In this document: piece by piece, positions 18,654 to 28,632 of the stretch
How the letters are laid out: each line of letters opens with the position of its first letter
How positions within the stretch are numbered: the stretch's first letter is position 1
DNA from: Terriglobia bacterium
GTDB lineage: Bacteria > Acidobacteriota > Terriglobia > JAJPHL01 > JAPKYU01
Assembly: GCA_965206645.1 (NCBI GenBank)
Contig: CBDBKE010000004.1
Location: 1,472,001-1,536,000 of the forward strand
DNA: 64,000 nucleotides
Direction: 5' to 3'
The notes under the pieces: generated by a model
Databases searched by the model: none
Told to the model about the DNA's origin: nothing
What the model saw: the letters and a program-made list of their open reading frames with translations, nothing else
Position numbers and translations under genes: made by a program

Positions 18654-20387
18654 ATGCGCTGGAGCCAGCTTTTCATCCCCACCCTGCGGGAAAATCCCGC
18701 AGACGCGGAGATTGCCAGCCACAGGCTGCTGCTGCGCGCCGGCTACATCCGACAGCTGAGCGCCGGCATTTACAGCTATCTCTACCTGGCGCAGCGCTCT
18801 CTGGCCAAGATCGCCCAGATCGTGCGAGAAGAGATGGACCGCATCGGCGCACAGGAGTTCTACCTACCGGCATTGCATCCGGCCGACATCTGGCAGCAAA
18901 CCGGGCGCTGGGAGGAGATGGGCCCAGCGATGTTCCGGCTGAAGGACCGCGGTGACCGGGACCTGTGCCTGGGGATGACCGAGGAAGAGGTGATGACCGA
19001 CATCGCCCGGCGGGAGCTGTGCAGTTACAAGCAGTTGCCGCAAATCTGGTACCAAATCCAGGCCAAGTTCCGCGACGAGCCCCGGCCCCGCTCCGGCCTG
19101 TTGCGCACTCGCCAGTTCACCATGAAAGACTCCTACTCGTTTGACCTCGATGAGGCCGGCCTGGAGGTCAGCTACCAGAAGCACCACGAAGCTTACTGCC
19201 GCGCCTTCGATCGCTGCGGACTGAAGTATAAGGTGGTGGAGGCGCATTCGGGACCGATGGGCGGCAGCCAGTCGCACGAGTTCATGGTGCTGTCCGACGC
19301 CGGGGAGGACCAGTTGGCCGAATGCGGCAGCTGCGGTTACGCGGCCAACCTGGACAAGGCGGTGTCGCGCCTGCCCGCCATCTCCGATGCCGAGGGTCCG
19401 GCGGCCCCGGAACCCTTTGCGACGCCCGAGCAGAAGAGCATCGCTGAGGTTAGCGCCTTTGATGGGAGGCCGGAAGCCGAGCACATCAAGTCGCTGCTCT
19501 TCATCAGCCGCGATGCCCCGGTGATCGCGTTGCTGCGGGGCGACCACGAGCTGAGCGAAATCAAGCTGACCGGTTTGCTGGGGGATCCGCGCATGCGTCC
19601 TGCGCATCCCGAGGAGGTGAGCCAATACACTGGCGCGGGACCCGGCTCAATTGGTCCGGTGGGCCTGACGGGCGTGCGCATCCTGGCTGATACAGCGCTG
19701 GAGGAACGGCGCAACCTGGTGGCTGGCGCCAACCGCGACGGTTACCACCTGCGGGGAGTCACCCCGGGTCGGGATTTTCGAACAGAATTCCACAACCTGC
19801 GGGTGGTTCGCGCGGGCGACCCGTGCGCTCCCTGTGGTAAGCCCCTCCGTGTTTCCCGAGCCATTGAGATCGGGCACATCTTCAAGCTGGGCCGCAAGTA
19901 TTCCGAAAGCATGGGCGCGCGGGTGCTGGACGCTTCCGGACGGGAGATCGTGCTGGTTATGGGTTCCTACGGCATCGGCATCGAGCGCATTCTGGCAGCG
20001 GCCATCGAGCAGAATCACGATGCCGACGGCATGGCCCTGCCCGTCTCCATCACCCCCTTTCACGTGGTGGTCACGCCGGTCAATGCTTCCGACCCGACCC
20101 TGATGGGCATCGCGGAAGAACTCTACAGGGACATCCTGGGAGAGAAACTGGAGGCGGTGCTGGATGACCGCGACGAGCGCCCGGGCGTCAAGTTCAAGGA
20201 CGCCGACCTGATCGGCGTCCCTTTCCGGGTCACGGTAGGGCGCAAGGCACCCGGAGGGTTGGTTGAGGTGCTGCTGCGCTCGACACGAATTAGCACCGAT
20301 GTCAAAATTGCCGAAGCGCCGGCATTCCTGCGCGATGCCTGCAGGAAGCAGTGTATGCGTTCTGAGGCGTGCCAGGAAGCCGGCTAA
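18654..20387 (+). CDS. proS: Proline--tRNA ligase
   Basis: MRWSQLFIPTLRE, SHRLLLRAGYI, KFRDEPRPRSGLLR, editing domain, IEIGHIFKLG, MGSYGIG, RPGVKFKDADLIG. Confidence 0.97.
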   Translation: MRWSQLFIPTLRENPADAEIASHRLLLRAGYIRQLSAGIYSYLYLAQRSLAKIAQIVREEMDRIGAQEFYLPALHPADIWQQTGRWEEMGPAMFRLKDRGDRDLCLGMTEEEVMTDIARRELCSYKQLPQIWYQIQAKFRDEPRPRSGLLRTRQFTMKDSYSFDLDEAGLEVSYQKHHEAYCRAFDRCGLKYKVVEAHSGPMGGSQSHEFMVLSDAGEDQLAECGSCGYAANLDKAVSRLPAISDAEGPAAPEPFATPEQKSIAEVSAFDGRPEAEHIKSLLFISRDAPVIALLRGDHELSEIKLTGLLGDPRMRPAHPEEVSQYTGAGPGSIGPVGLTGVRILADTALEERRNLVAGANRDGYHLRGVTPGRDFRTEFHNLRVVRAGDPCAPCGKPLRVSRAIEIGHIFKLGRKYSESMGARVLDASGREIVLVMGSYGIGIERILAAAIEQNHDADGMALPVSITPFHVVVTPVNASDPTLMGIAEELYRDILGEKLEAVLDDRDERPGVKFKDADLIGVPFRVTVGRKAPGGLVEVLLRSTRISTDVKIAEAPAFLRDACRKQCMRSEACQEAG

Positions 20388-20407
20388 GGCAAAAGAGGGG
20401 TCAACCT

Positions 20408-20779
20408 ATGAGCAAGCAATCTGGAATGGCCACCTTCAAGGCCGTGGTCGCGGTGGCGCTATTTGCGACCGTCGTCTACCTGGGAATCAAGCTGGTGCCT
20501 CCCTGGGTGAACAATTACCAGCTCCAGGACTACATCACCTCGCTAGTCCGCAGGGCCACCTACGGTCAGGGTGTAACTGAAGAAAGTATTCGCAAAGACG
20601 TCCTCAGCAAGACTAAGGAGCTTCGCATGCCGGTGAAGGGCGAGCAGATTAGGGTGGTCAAGAGCACCTACGGGGTGAACATTGACGTGAAGTACAACGT
20701 GGTGGTGAAGACGCCGGCCTACACCTTCAACCTCAAGTTCAACCCGACGGCTGGCAACAAGATGATCACCGCAAAATGA
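20408..20779 (+). CDS. Small pilin-like membrane protein (DUF4845-like)
   Basis: KQSG followed by hydrophobic helix, IKLVPPWVNNYQLQD. Confidence 0.55.
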   Translation: MSKQSGMATFKAVVAVALFATVVYLGIKLVPPWVNNYQLQDYITSLVRRATYGQGVTEESIRKDVLSKTKELRMPVKGEQIRVVKSTYGVNIDVKYNVVVKTPAYTFNLKFNPTAGNKMITAK

Positions 20780-20865
20780 CGGCCGAGAGCGCGCTTCGGT
20801 TAAGATAAGAAGAGAGCCGGCGAGGGAGACCCAACCAGATCCGGGGCCCCGGTTGCCGGCTGGAA

Positions 20866-23439
20866 GTGAATTTGCGAGTCCACTTTAAGAAAACCCGCCT
20901 GGCCCGCATCTTCCTGCACCCGTTCACCAAGGTAGTGCTGACTCTCGCCCTGCTGTTGACAGTGTGCGGAGCCGCCGTCTTTGGCTACTACTATGTGCTG
21001 TTCGCCAAGCTGATTGACCGGCGGTTAGACGGGGACGTGTTCGCCCGCACCTCGAAAATCCATGCCGCTCCAGAGCTGCTTTTCGTGGGACAGGAAATTC
21101 AGGTTGCCGAGCTGATCAACAAGTTGCGCCGGGCAGGCTACTCCGAGGATGAAAGCAGCACGTTGGGCTGGTACCGGCAGGTGCTGGACGACGTTGAGAT
21201 CCATCCCGGTTCAGACTCCTACTTCCGCGACGAGCCAGCCCGGATCCGCGTGGCCGACGGCAAGGTCCAACGTGTCCTCTATCTGAAGGGCAACATCGAG
21301 CAGCAATTTTACGAACTGGAGCCCGAGCTCATCACCAACCTGTTCGACCGTTCCCGGGCAAAGCGGCGGCTGGTACGGTTTGAAGATTTGCCGCCCCACT
21401 TGGTGAACGCGATCCTGGCCGCTGAAGACAAGAGCTTCTTTCAGCACCCGGGGATTGATTTTCTGCGCGTCCTGAAAGTGGCCTACGAAGACATCCGTAC
21501 CAGGACGCTGGCGCAGGGCGCCAGCACCCTGACCATGCAACTGGCCCGCAGTTTCTTCCTGACGCCCGCGCGCACCTTCAAGCGGAAGATGGCGGAGGTC
21601 ATGATTGCCCTGCAGCTCGAACGGCGGCTTACCAAGCAGCAGATCTTCGAGTTTTACTGCAACCAGATCTACCTGGGACAGCGGGGCAGCTTCAGCCTGC
21701 ACGGGATGGGAGAAGCCTCGCTGGCTTATTTCGGCAAAGACGTGCACCAGCTCACTTTGCCCGAAGTAGCCTTCCTGGCGGGCATTATTCGGGGACCCAA
21801 CCTCTATTCGCCCTACCGCTACGCGGAGCGGGCCACAGAACGGCGGAACCGCATCCTGGATGCTATGGTGCGCAACGGCGCCATCAAGCCCGAGCAGCGC
21901 GACACGGCGGTCGAAGCGCCGCTTGGGGTACTTCCCCTCTACGTGGAAACCAGCAACGCGCCCTACTTCGTGGACCTGGTACGCGAAGAGTTGCTGGCTC
22001 GCTATCCCGAGAAGGAGCTGGTCACCCGCGGCTACCGCGTCTACACCACGCTGGACATGAACCTGCAGCGGGCCGCCGACAAGGCGGTGCGCGAGGGCAT
22101 GCAACTGGTCGACGAGCAGCTCTCGAAACGGAAAACGAAACAGCCCTGGCCGCAGGCCCAGACGGCCCTGGTGGCCATAGACCCGCACACTGGCGACGTC
22201 AAGGCGCTGGTGGGCGGGCGCTTCTACGGGGCCAGCCAGCTCAACCGGGCAGTGGCGCAACGGCAGCCCGGCTCGGTTTTCAAACCCTTCGTGTACGCCA
22301 GCGCCTTCAGCTCTGCCCTGAACGGCTTCCACCCGGTCATCACTCCAGTCACGGTGATTGACGACACCCCGACGACTTTCCTCTACGAGGGCGGTGTTTA
22401 TGAACCGAGCAATTATCGGGCGAAGTTCCATGGCCAGGTCACAGCCCGCAAGGCGCTGGCGCTGTCGCTCAATGTGGCCACGGTAAAGATTGGGGAAATG
22501 ATCGGGTTCGACCGGGTCGCCCAGCTCGCGCGCCAAGCAGGCCTGAAGACTCCCCGGGCGACGCCTTCGGTGGCGCTGGGATCCTATGAGGTGTCGCCGC
22601 TAGACATAGCTGGTGCCTACACCATCTTCGCCAACGGCGGCGTGCGTGTGAATCCGACCCTGGTGCGACTGGTCAAGAGCGACAACGGCGAAGTCATTGA
22701 ACGGGGCCGGAACTGGCAACAAAAGGTTCTGGATCCACGGGTCGCCTACCTAATGACCCAACTGCTGCAGGGCGTCGTCCGATCGGGAACCGGGGCCGGG
22801 GTGCGGAGCCGAGGGTTTCGAGTCCCGGCTGCTGGCAAGACCGGCACGTCTCACGACGGATGGTTCGCCGGATACACCTCCAACTTGCTCTGCATCGTCT
22901 GGGTCGGTTTTGACAACAATCGGGAACTGCCGCTGAGCGGCTCGCGGTCGGCCCTGCCCATCTGGACCGAATTCATGAAACGCGCCGCTTCCCTGCCCCA
23001 GTACCAGGACATGGTCGCCTTCCCCGAGCCGCCGGGCTTGACCTGGCGGGAGGTGGATCCTGTCTCCGGTGAGCTGGCCACGGCCTTCTGCCCTCAGCGC
23101 CGTCCGGAAGTGTTCCTCGAGGATACGCAACCAACCGAAGCTTGCTCACTGCACACGATCCAGAGGGTGTCACGTCCCAGCTTCCTAACCAACCCCTTCG
23201 GAATCGGCGTGCGTCCCCCTGGTCGCCAGCCAGCCCCTGTCCCTTCTCCGCAGCTTGCCCGCCCGCCTGCCTCTGCCCCTCCGGCCAGCAGCGCTCCCAC
23301 CAGCCAGACCTCTCCAGTACTGGATACAGCCGAGCCAAACAAAAAGGAACGCGGTTTCTTTGGCAAAGTTTTCGGGGTTTTCAAAGGCAGCGGCAAGGAT
23401 CGCCCGGACAAAGGGCAGGCAAGCTCCGAAAACCAATAG
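20866..23439 (+). CDS. mrcB: Class A penicillin-binding protein (PBP1B-like, with UB2H domain)
   Basis: AEDKSFFQH, QGASTLTMQL, RK.AE, QPGSVFK, SLN, KTG motifs. Confidence 0.9.
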   Translation: MNLRVHFKKTRLARIFLHPFTKVVLTLALLLTVCGAAVFGYYYVLFAKLIDRRLDGDVFARTSKIHAAPELLFVGQEIQVAELINKLRRAGYSEDESSTLGWYRQVLDDVEIHPGSDSYFRDEPARIRVADGKVQRVLYLKGNIEQQFYELEPELITNLFDRSRAKRRLVRFEDLPPHLVNAILAAEDKSFFQHPGIDFLRVLKVAYEDIRTRTLAQGASTLTMQLARSFFLTPARTFKRKMAEVMIALQLERRLTKQQIFEFYCNQIYLGQRGSFSLHGMGEASLAYFGKDVHQLTLPEVAFLAGIIRGPNLYSPYRYAERATERRNRILDAMVRNGAIKPEQRDTAVEAPLGVLPLYVETSNAPYFVDLVREELLARYPEKELVTRGYRVYTTLDMNLQRAADKAVREGMQLVDEQLSKRKTKQPWPQAQTALVAIDPHTGDVKALVGGRFYGASQLNRAVAQRQPGSVFKPFVYASAFSSALNGFHPVITPVTVIDDTPTTFLYEGGVYEPSNYRAKFHGQVTARKALALSLNVATVKIGEMIGFDRVAQLARQAGLKTPRATPSVALGSYEVSPLDIAGAYTIFANGGVRVNPTLVRLVKSDNGEVIERGRNWQQKVLDPRVAYLMTQLLQGVVRSGTGAGVRSRGFRVPAAGKTGTSHDGWFAGYTSNLLCIVWVGFDNNRELPLSGSRSALPIWTEFMKRAASLPQYQDMVAFPEPPGLTWREVDPVSGELATAFCPQRRPEVFLEDTQPTEACSLHTIQRVSRPSFLTNPFGIGVRPPGRQPAPVPSPQLARPPASAPPASSAPTSQTSPVLDTAEPNKKERGFFGKVFGVFKGSGKDRPDKGQASSENQ

Positions 23440-23517
23440 AAGATTTGGCGTTAGAATAGATTGAAAAGCGCCAAGCGGAAGCGTCACAGCCATTCGCCGC
23501 GCGGCCGGGGTTCGCTT

Positions 23518-24369
23518 ATGACGTGCATAAGCCGGGGTTGGACTTGCATAAGCCGGGGTTGGATTTGCATAAGCCGGGGTTGGATTTGCCTAAGTTGGCT
23601 GAGCTTGTTCGCTCTAGGTGTGGAGACGGTCGGGGCGCAGACGCAAGGCGCTAGCGGGTCGGAACGCCGGGTGCCGGCACAGGCCCAGAGCACCCCGCAA
23701 AAAGCAAAAGCGCCAACCGACGACTTCCGGCCGACCGACGACCTCCGGAAGATCGAGAGATTCGGCGACCTGCAGATGGCCCGCAAGCATTACCGTGGGG
23801 CCATCCCCTACTACGAAAAAACGCTAAGACTGCTGGAACCGAAAATCGCGGTGCTTTACAACAAGATCGGCATCGCCTACCACCAGCAGCTCCAGTTCGA
23901 CCTGGCCAAGAAATACTACGCGATTGCCATCAAGGAGGACAGAACCTACGGGGAGGCCATCAATAATCTGGGGACCGTCTACTACGGCCAGAAGAAGTAC
24001 AAGTCTGCTATCAAACAATACAAGAAGGCGCTGGGAGTGAAGCCCGACTCCGCCGCCATTCATAGCAACCTGGGGACGGCCTACTTCGCGCGGAAAAAAT
24101 ATGACCGGGCCCTGGCTTCCTATCGCAAGGCACTGGAACTAGACCCGGAGGTGTTCGAACGGCGCTCCGCCTACGGGGTCCTGCTCCATGAGCGCGCGGT
24201 GGAAGATCGCGCGCGATTCCACTACTTCCTGGCCAAGACCTACGCGGCCGCCGGCGTGCTGGACCGGGCGTTGCTGCATCTGAGAAAGGCGATGGAAGAT
24301 GGCTTCAAGGATCACGGCCAGATCGCGCGAGATCCAGCCTTTGCGGAGTTGATCACGACCGAACCCTGA
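23518..24369 (+). CDS. Secreted TPR protein, C-terminus cut by the IS end (start uncertain)
   Basis: TPR repeats (YNKIGIAY, NNLGTVYY, HSNLGTAY); stop TGA is the first 3 bp of the IS inverted repeat. Confidence 0.75.
   Translation: MTCISRGWTCISRGWICISRGWICLSWLSLFALGVETVGAQTQGASGSERRVPAQAQSTPQKAKAPTDDFRPTDDLRKIERFGDLQMARKHYRGAIPYYEKTLRLLEPKIAVLYNKIGIAYHQQLQFDLAKKYYAIAIKEDRTYGEAINNLGTVYYGQKKYKSAIKQYKKALGVKPDSAAIHSNLGTAYFARKKYDRALASYRKALELDPEVFERRSAYGVLLHERAVEDRARFHYFLAKTYAAAGVLDRALLHLRKAMEDGFKDHGQIARDPAFAELITTEP
23520..23590. repeat. 21-bp tandem repeat, about 3.4 copies (CISRGW[T/I])
   Basis: tgcataagccggggttgga(c/t)t repeated. Confidence 0.9.
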
Positions 24370-24395
24370 CCTGCCCCCGGTTGTTGGTCCACTTT

Positions 24396-25277
24396 TTATG
24401 TTAGTCCATAAGCCGTTGCAGCCGGGTGGAGCGGAGCGGAACCCGGCGGTGACGGCAAGATCGCTTCCGGGGCTGGCGGCCGGTAGCCCAACGCGCTGTG
24501 CGGGCGAACTTTGTTATACTCCCGTCGCCATCCCTCAATCAACACCTTCGCTTCCCGCAAGGTGTAGAAGATCTCTCCATTGAGAAACTCGTCTCGAAAC
24601 TTCCCGTTCAACGATTCTACATACCCGTTTTCCCATGGGCTCCCCGGCTCGATGAACAAGGTCTTTACCCCTACCCGCTCCAGCCAGTTCCGAACCAACC
24701 GTGCTGTGAACTCGGACCCATTGTCCGAGCGAATGTAATCGGGAACTCCTCGCTCCACAAACAAGGCTGCCAGCCGTTCCAAGACACTCATCGAATCAGC
24801 TCGCCGTCCTACGTCGATCGCCAAACATTCTCGCGTGTACTCATCCACCACCGTCAACATCTTCAGGGGACGACCGTCCCGGGTTCGATCTGCCACAAAA
24901 TCGTACGCCCAGACATGATCCCGCCAGCACGGTCTTAACCGAAGACACGACCCATCGTTCAACCACAGGCGGCCTTTCCGGGGTTGTTTCTTCGGCACTT
25001 TCAGCCCCTCCTGCCTCCAGATTCTCTCCACGCGCTTATGGTTCACCCGCCACCCCTCCCGTCGCAACAGCGCCGTGATTCGCCGGTAGCCGTATCGACC
25101 GTACTCGCCGGCTAACTGCAGCGTCCGGGTCACCAGTCGCGGTTCATCCTGTGGTGTCAAGGTTCGATGCCGCTGGGTGGATCGGTACTGCCTCAGCACT
25201 CGACACGCCCGCCGCTCCGACACTCCCAAGGTCTGGCAGACACGCTCCACTGCCTGCCTCCGTCGGCGCGGGCTCAG
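24396..25277 (-). CDS. IS3 transposase OrfB (DDE), probably expressed by -1 frameshift
   Basis: RYGYRRI, VWAYDF, RSDNGSEF, PGSPWENGYVES, YN..RPHSALGY. Confidence 0.92.
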   Translation of the reverse strand: MSPRRRRQAVERVCQTLGVSERRACRVLRQYRSTQRHRTLTPQDEPRLVTRTLQLAGEYGRYGYRRITALLRREGWRVNHKRVERIWRQEGLKVPKKQPRKGRLWLNDGSCLRLRPCWRDHVWAYDFVADRTRDGRPLKMLTVVDEYTRECLAIDVGRRADSMSVLERLAALFVERGVPDYIRSDNGSEFTARLVRNWLERVGVKTLFIEPGSPWENGYVESLNGKFRDEFLNGEIFYTLREAKVLIEGWRREYNKVRPHSALGYRPPAPEAILPSPPGSAPLHPAATAYGLT

Positions 25278-25552
25278 AAGTTTCCCGAGGATGCCTCCTT
25301 CAGAATCGCTAGGTCCAACGCCTGATCCGCTACCAACTTCTTCAGTCGGCCATTCTCCCGTTCCAGTTCCTTCAGTCGCCTCACCTGATCAACCCGTAAG
25401 CTCCCGTACTCCTTCCGCCATCGATAATATGTCTGCTCTGTGATTCCCAACTTCCGACAGACCACTCCCGTTGTCTGGCCCTTAGCCAGTTCCACTTCTG
25501 CCTCTCGTAGATGTCGGATGATCTGTTCGGCCGTATCCCGCTTCTTAGCCAT
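25274..25552 (-). CDS. IS3 transposase OrfA (HTH plus leucine zipper)
   Basis: VCRKLGITEQTYYRWRKEYG...LKELERENGRLKK; slippery GGGAAAC (25280-25286, minus strand) just before the stop. Confidence 0.92.
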   Translation of the reverse strand: MAKKRDTAEQIIRHLREAEVELAKGQTTGVVCRKLGITEQTYYRWRKEYGSLRVDQVRRLKELERENGRLKKLVADQALDLAILKEASSGNF

Positions 25553-25625
25553 CCTTCCCCCTTTTTCAAGTCCAGTTGAAACCCTTTACTCTAACTTATC
25601 AACTGGACCGTTTTTGGGGGGCAGG

Positions 25626-26534
25626 TCACCAGGCGGCGGCCCCGGCCAGGCACGCCACAAGCGCCGAGCACAACAAGAATCCCCAGTTGGGCAGGGAGAT
25701 GGCAGGATCTGGTATTGCTTGCAGTTGGCCCTGCAGATGGAAGGGTGCCGGGGCCACCAGCCTGCCCAGGTAGATTCCGGTCAGATACACACTCGAGTAA
25801 ACGTGAGAACTGAGCGACTGTGAGAACGGATTGGCCACCATCACCAGCCCACCGAGCGCCAAAGTGCGCAGGGCGAAGTAGATGGCCAGCGGCACCAGGT
25901 GGTAGAGGTAGGCCCGCCGCCCACCGGGCTTGCGGAACCAATGCTCGTAGACCACCAGCAGTGGCAGCAGCATCAGAGCCGTCTCCTTGGACAGCAGGGC
26001 GAGCAGGGCCACAGCAGCCGACCAAGCCGGACGGCCCCGCACGTAGAGGTAAACCGACAACAGAAAGAAGAATGCGTAGGACAGCTCAGTGACGGCCGCA
26101 ATCCAGGCAATGGCTTCCGTGTGAACGGGATGAACGGCGAACAGCAGCGCGGCCAGAAGCGCGGACGGTCCGGCGCACCACGTCGCCCCGAGAGCTCTCC
26201 CGAGGTAAAAACCCAGCAGTGAACAACCAGCATGGAACAGGAGATTGGCTGCGGGAAATCCGGCTGCCTCCAGCCCGAACAGTGCATAACAGGCCATGTA
26301 CAGCAGGTGCATCATTGGCCGGTAGTAATTGCTCTTCTCCTCCGGGCCGCGAAACGACCAGACATGACTGGAAAAAATCTGGCCCAGGGAACGGGGGCTG
26401 CGAAGGTAGGGGTTGTTCAGAACCTGGGACAGATCGTCGGAGACAAAACCTTTGTTGAGCAGGCTCCAGTGAAGGGCAATGGCTAGCAGGACGATAGCCG
26501 CAGGCGCTGCCCAACGCGCGATTCCCAGGCGCAT
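25626..26534 (-). pseudogene. Truncated TMTC/PMT-like (GT-C fold) membrane glycosyltransferase
   Basis: FVSDD, YYRP, LLFAVHPVHTEAIAWI, LLSKET motifs; ends at a TGA supplied by the IS, so the usual C-terminal half is absent. Confidence 0.75.
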
Positions 26535-27245
26535 CGTCCTATTCTACGATCCGAGGCGACCAAACGGGAGCCGAGCTTGCTTCCGCACAGGCTGAGCTAC
26601 AAAGCTTCTCCGCGGCGATGAAGTTCTCCCCAAGGTGGTGTCCAGCGCGCCGGCGAGGCTTTCAGAATTGCTTCGCTCGCGAGCCGACCGACCTGTGTCC
26701 GCCTGCAAACGCCCTGGGCCTGCAAACGCCTTGGGAAAGAAGGTAGCCGGGGCCAAAGAAGGGAGCACTTCTATTTGTAGAATTCAACGCATTCTACATT
26801 TGTGCTATATAATGTTCTGAACAGGAAGTGTGTTGCGTGTTGCATTCGGCTGTGGGCTATGGTCGCAAGTTGCAGAATCGCACCGGATTGGCGGATCAAA
26901 CATTTCCCCCCCACTTGTCATGGACGGAAGACCGCGTGGGAGTAGGTCAACGGGCCGGTTGTCGAGGGATCGTTCTTTGCATCCCGCCCGTGTTGAGGGA
27001 TTTCGGTGGGCTGTGGAGAACTTGTGCAAAGAGTTGGACGTTCCTTTATAACCATTTTACTATCAACGAACTACATGGCTGGGCTTGCAGTGGAAAATCG
27101 CCGCCTGCTGCGGCACGAAGAGGCAAACTGGATCGCGTTCTCCTGCAAGCGCTAACTTGCACTACCTTGCAGCGACCAGAAAAACTTGCGAGCGACCGTA
27201 GCCGCACTGTAAAAATCCCCGGTTCCGCTTCGCATTAAGCTCGCG

Positions 27246-28610
27246 ATGGCTCCTAGCGACCCGGTCTTAGAAAAAGGATTACCGAGCAACCTGGATGCCG
27301 AACGATCGGTCCTCGGCGCCGTTCTGCTCGACAACTCCGCTTACAACTTCGCTGCAGAACTGCTGATCGCCGACGATTTCTCGAGCGATGGCCACCGGCG
27401 GATCTTCGCGCGCATGGTGACTCTGGGGGAAAGCGGGCGACCGATTGACCCGGTCACGCTTACTGAGGAACTGCTGCGCACCAACGAACTGGAGACGGCC
27501 GGGGGCGTGGCCTACCTGTCGGCACTCACCGAGGGGCTGCCGCGGGCGAGCAACGTCGCCCACTACGCCCGCATCGTCAAAGACAAGGCGGTACTGCGCC
27601 GCTTGGTTCACACCTCCAACAGCATTCTTCACGAAGCAATGGAAGGCTCCGAGGATGCCGCCGACATCCTGGGGCGCGCCGAAAGTGCCATGCTTTCGGT
27701 GGGAGAAGACCGCGAGCGCGAAGGGCTGACCACCCTGGGCGAAGTCTTCAAGAAGACCTACAGGTCGCTGGACGACCTGCTGGACCGCGGCAGCCGCATC
27801 ACCGGCCTGACCACCGGCTTCCGCCGGTTCGACGACCTCACCTGCGGGCTGCAGTCGAACGACCTGATCCTGGTCGCGGCGCGCCCGAGCATGGGCAAGA
27901 CTGCCTGGGCCCTGTCGGTGGCTTTGCACGTAGCGGTCAAGCTTTTCCCTCCCCGCACTGTCGGCATCTTCAGTCTGGAGATGAGCAAGGAAGCGCTGTT
28001 GATTCGCCTGCTGTGCGCGGAGGCTCGCGTGGACTCGCACAAGTTCCGCTCAGGCTTCCTCAACAAGGAGGAAATGCAACGGCTGGCCCAAGCCATGGGC
28101 CGGCTGGCCCAGGCACCCATCTACATTGACGACACGCCCGGACTCCGCCTGCAGGGGATGCACGCCAAGGCGCGGCGGCTGAAAAAGGAGCACGGTTTGG
28201 CCCTCGTCGTGCTCGACTACATCCAGCTGATGAACGCGCCGAGGGCGGAAAACCGCAACCAGGAGATTTCGGCGCTGTCGCGGGGGCTAAAAGCGCTAGC
28301 GAAGGATCTGGAGGTGCCGCTGCTGGCGCTCTCGCAGCTTTCCCGGGCTCCCGAACATCGCGGCCAGGAGCACCACCCTCAGCTAGCCGACCTGCGCGAC
28401 AGCGGCTCACTGGAGCAGGACGCCGACCTGGTGGCTTTCCTCTATCGCAAAGACTACTACCTGAGGATGGCTGGCCAGGAGGTGCCCGACGACGTGGCTG
28501 GGCGGGCGGAACTGATCATCGCCAAGCAACGCAATGGCCCCACTGACAGGGTGCCTCTTGCCTTCCTGGACCGCTTCGCGCGCTTCGACAACATCGCCGA
28601 GGGGTTTTAG
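27246..28610 (+). CDS. dnaB: Replicative DNA helicase
   Basis: AERSVLGAVL, AARPSMGKT, FSLEM, DYIQL, LSQLSR, DLRDSGSLEQDAD, KQRNGPT. Confidence 0.97.
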   Translation: MAPSDPVLEKGLPSNLDAERSVLGAVLLDNSAYNFAAELLIADDFSSDGHRRIFARMVTLGESGRPIDPVTLTEELLRTNELETAGGVAYLSALTEGLPRASNVAHYARIVKDKAVLRRLVHTSNSILHEAMEGSEDAADILGRAESAMLSVGEDREREGLTTLGEVFKKTYRSLDDLLDRGSRITGLTTGFRRFDDLTCGLQSNDLILVAARPSMGKTAWALSVALHVAVKLFPPRTVGIFSLEMSKEALLIRLLCAEARVDSHKFRSGFLNKEEMQRLAQAMGRLAQAPIYIDDTPGLRLQGMHAKARRLKKEHGLALVVLDYIQLMNAPRAENRNQEISALSRGLKALAKDLEVPLLALSQLSRAPEHRGQEHHPQLADLRDSGSLEQDADLVAFLYRKDYYLRMAGQEVPDDVAGRAELIIAKQRNGPTDRVPLAFLDRFARFDNIAEGF

Positions 28611-28632
28611 GCCGGCGTGGAAGGATCGCCAC

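Larger units (their letters stand above)
24367..25628 (-). mobile_element. IS3 family insertion sequence (IS407-like group), 1262 bp
   Basis: Imperfect 38-bp terminal IRs TGACCTGCCCCC...GGTCCA...GTTAG; orfA/orfB organisation; no target duplication. Confidence 0.93.

Noticed and set aside
23520-23590. 21-bp repeats as a possible CRISPR array
   Set aside because: Head-to-tail tandem copies with no spacers and no cas operon
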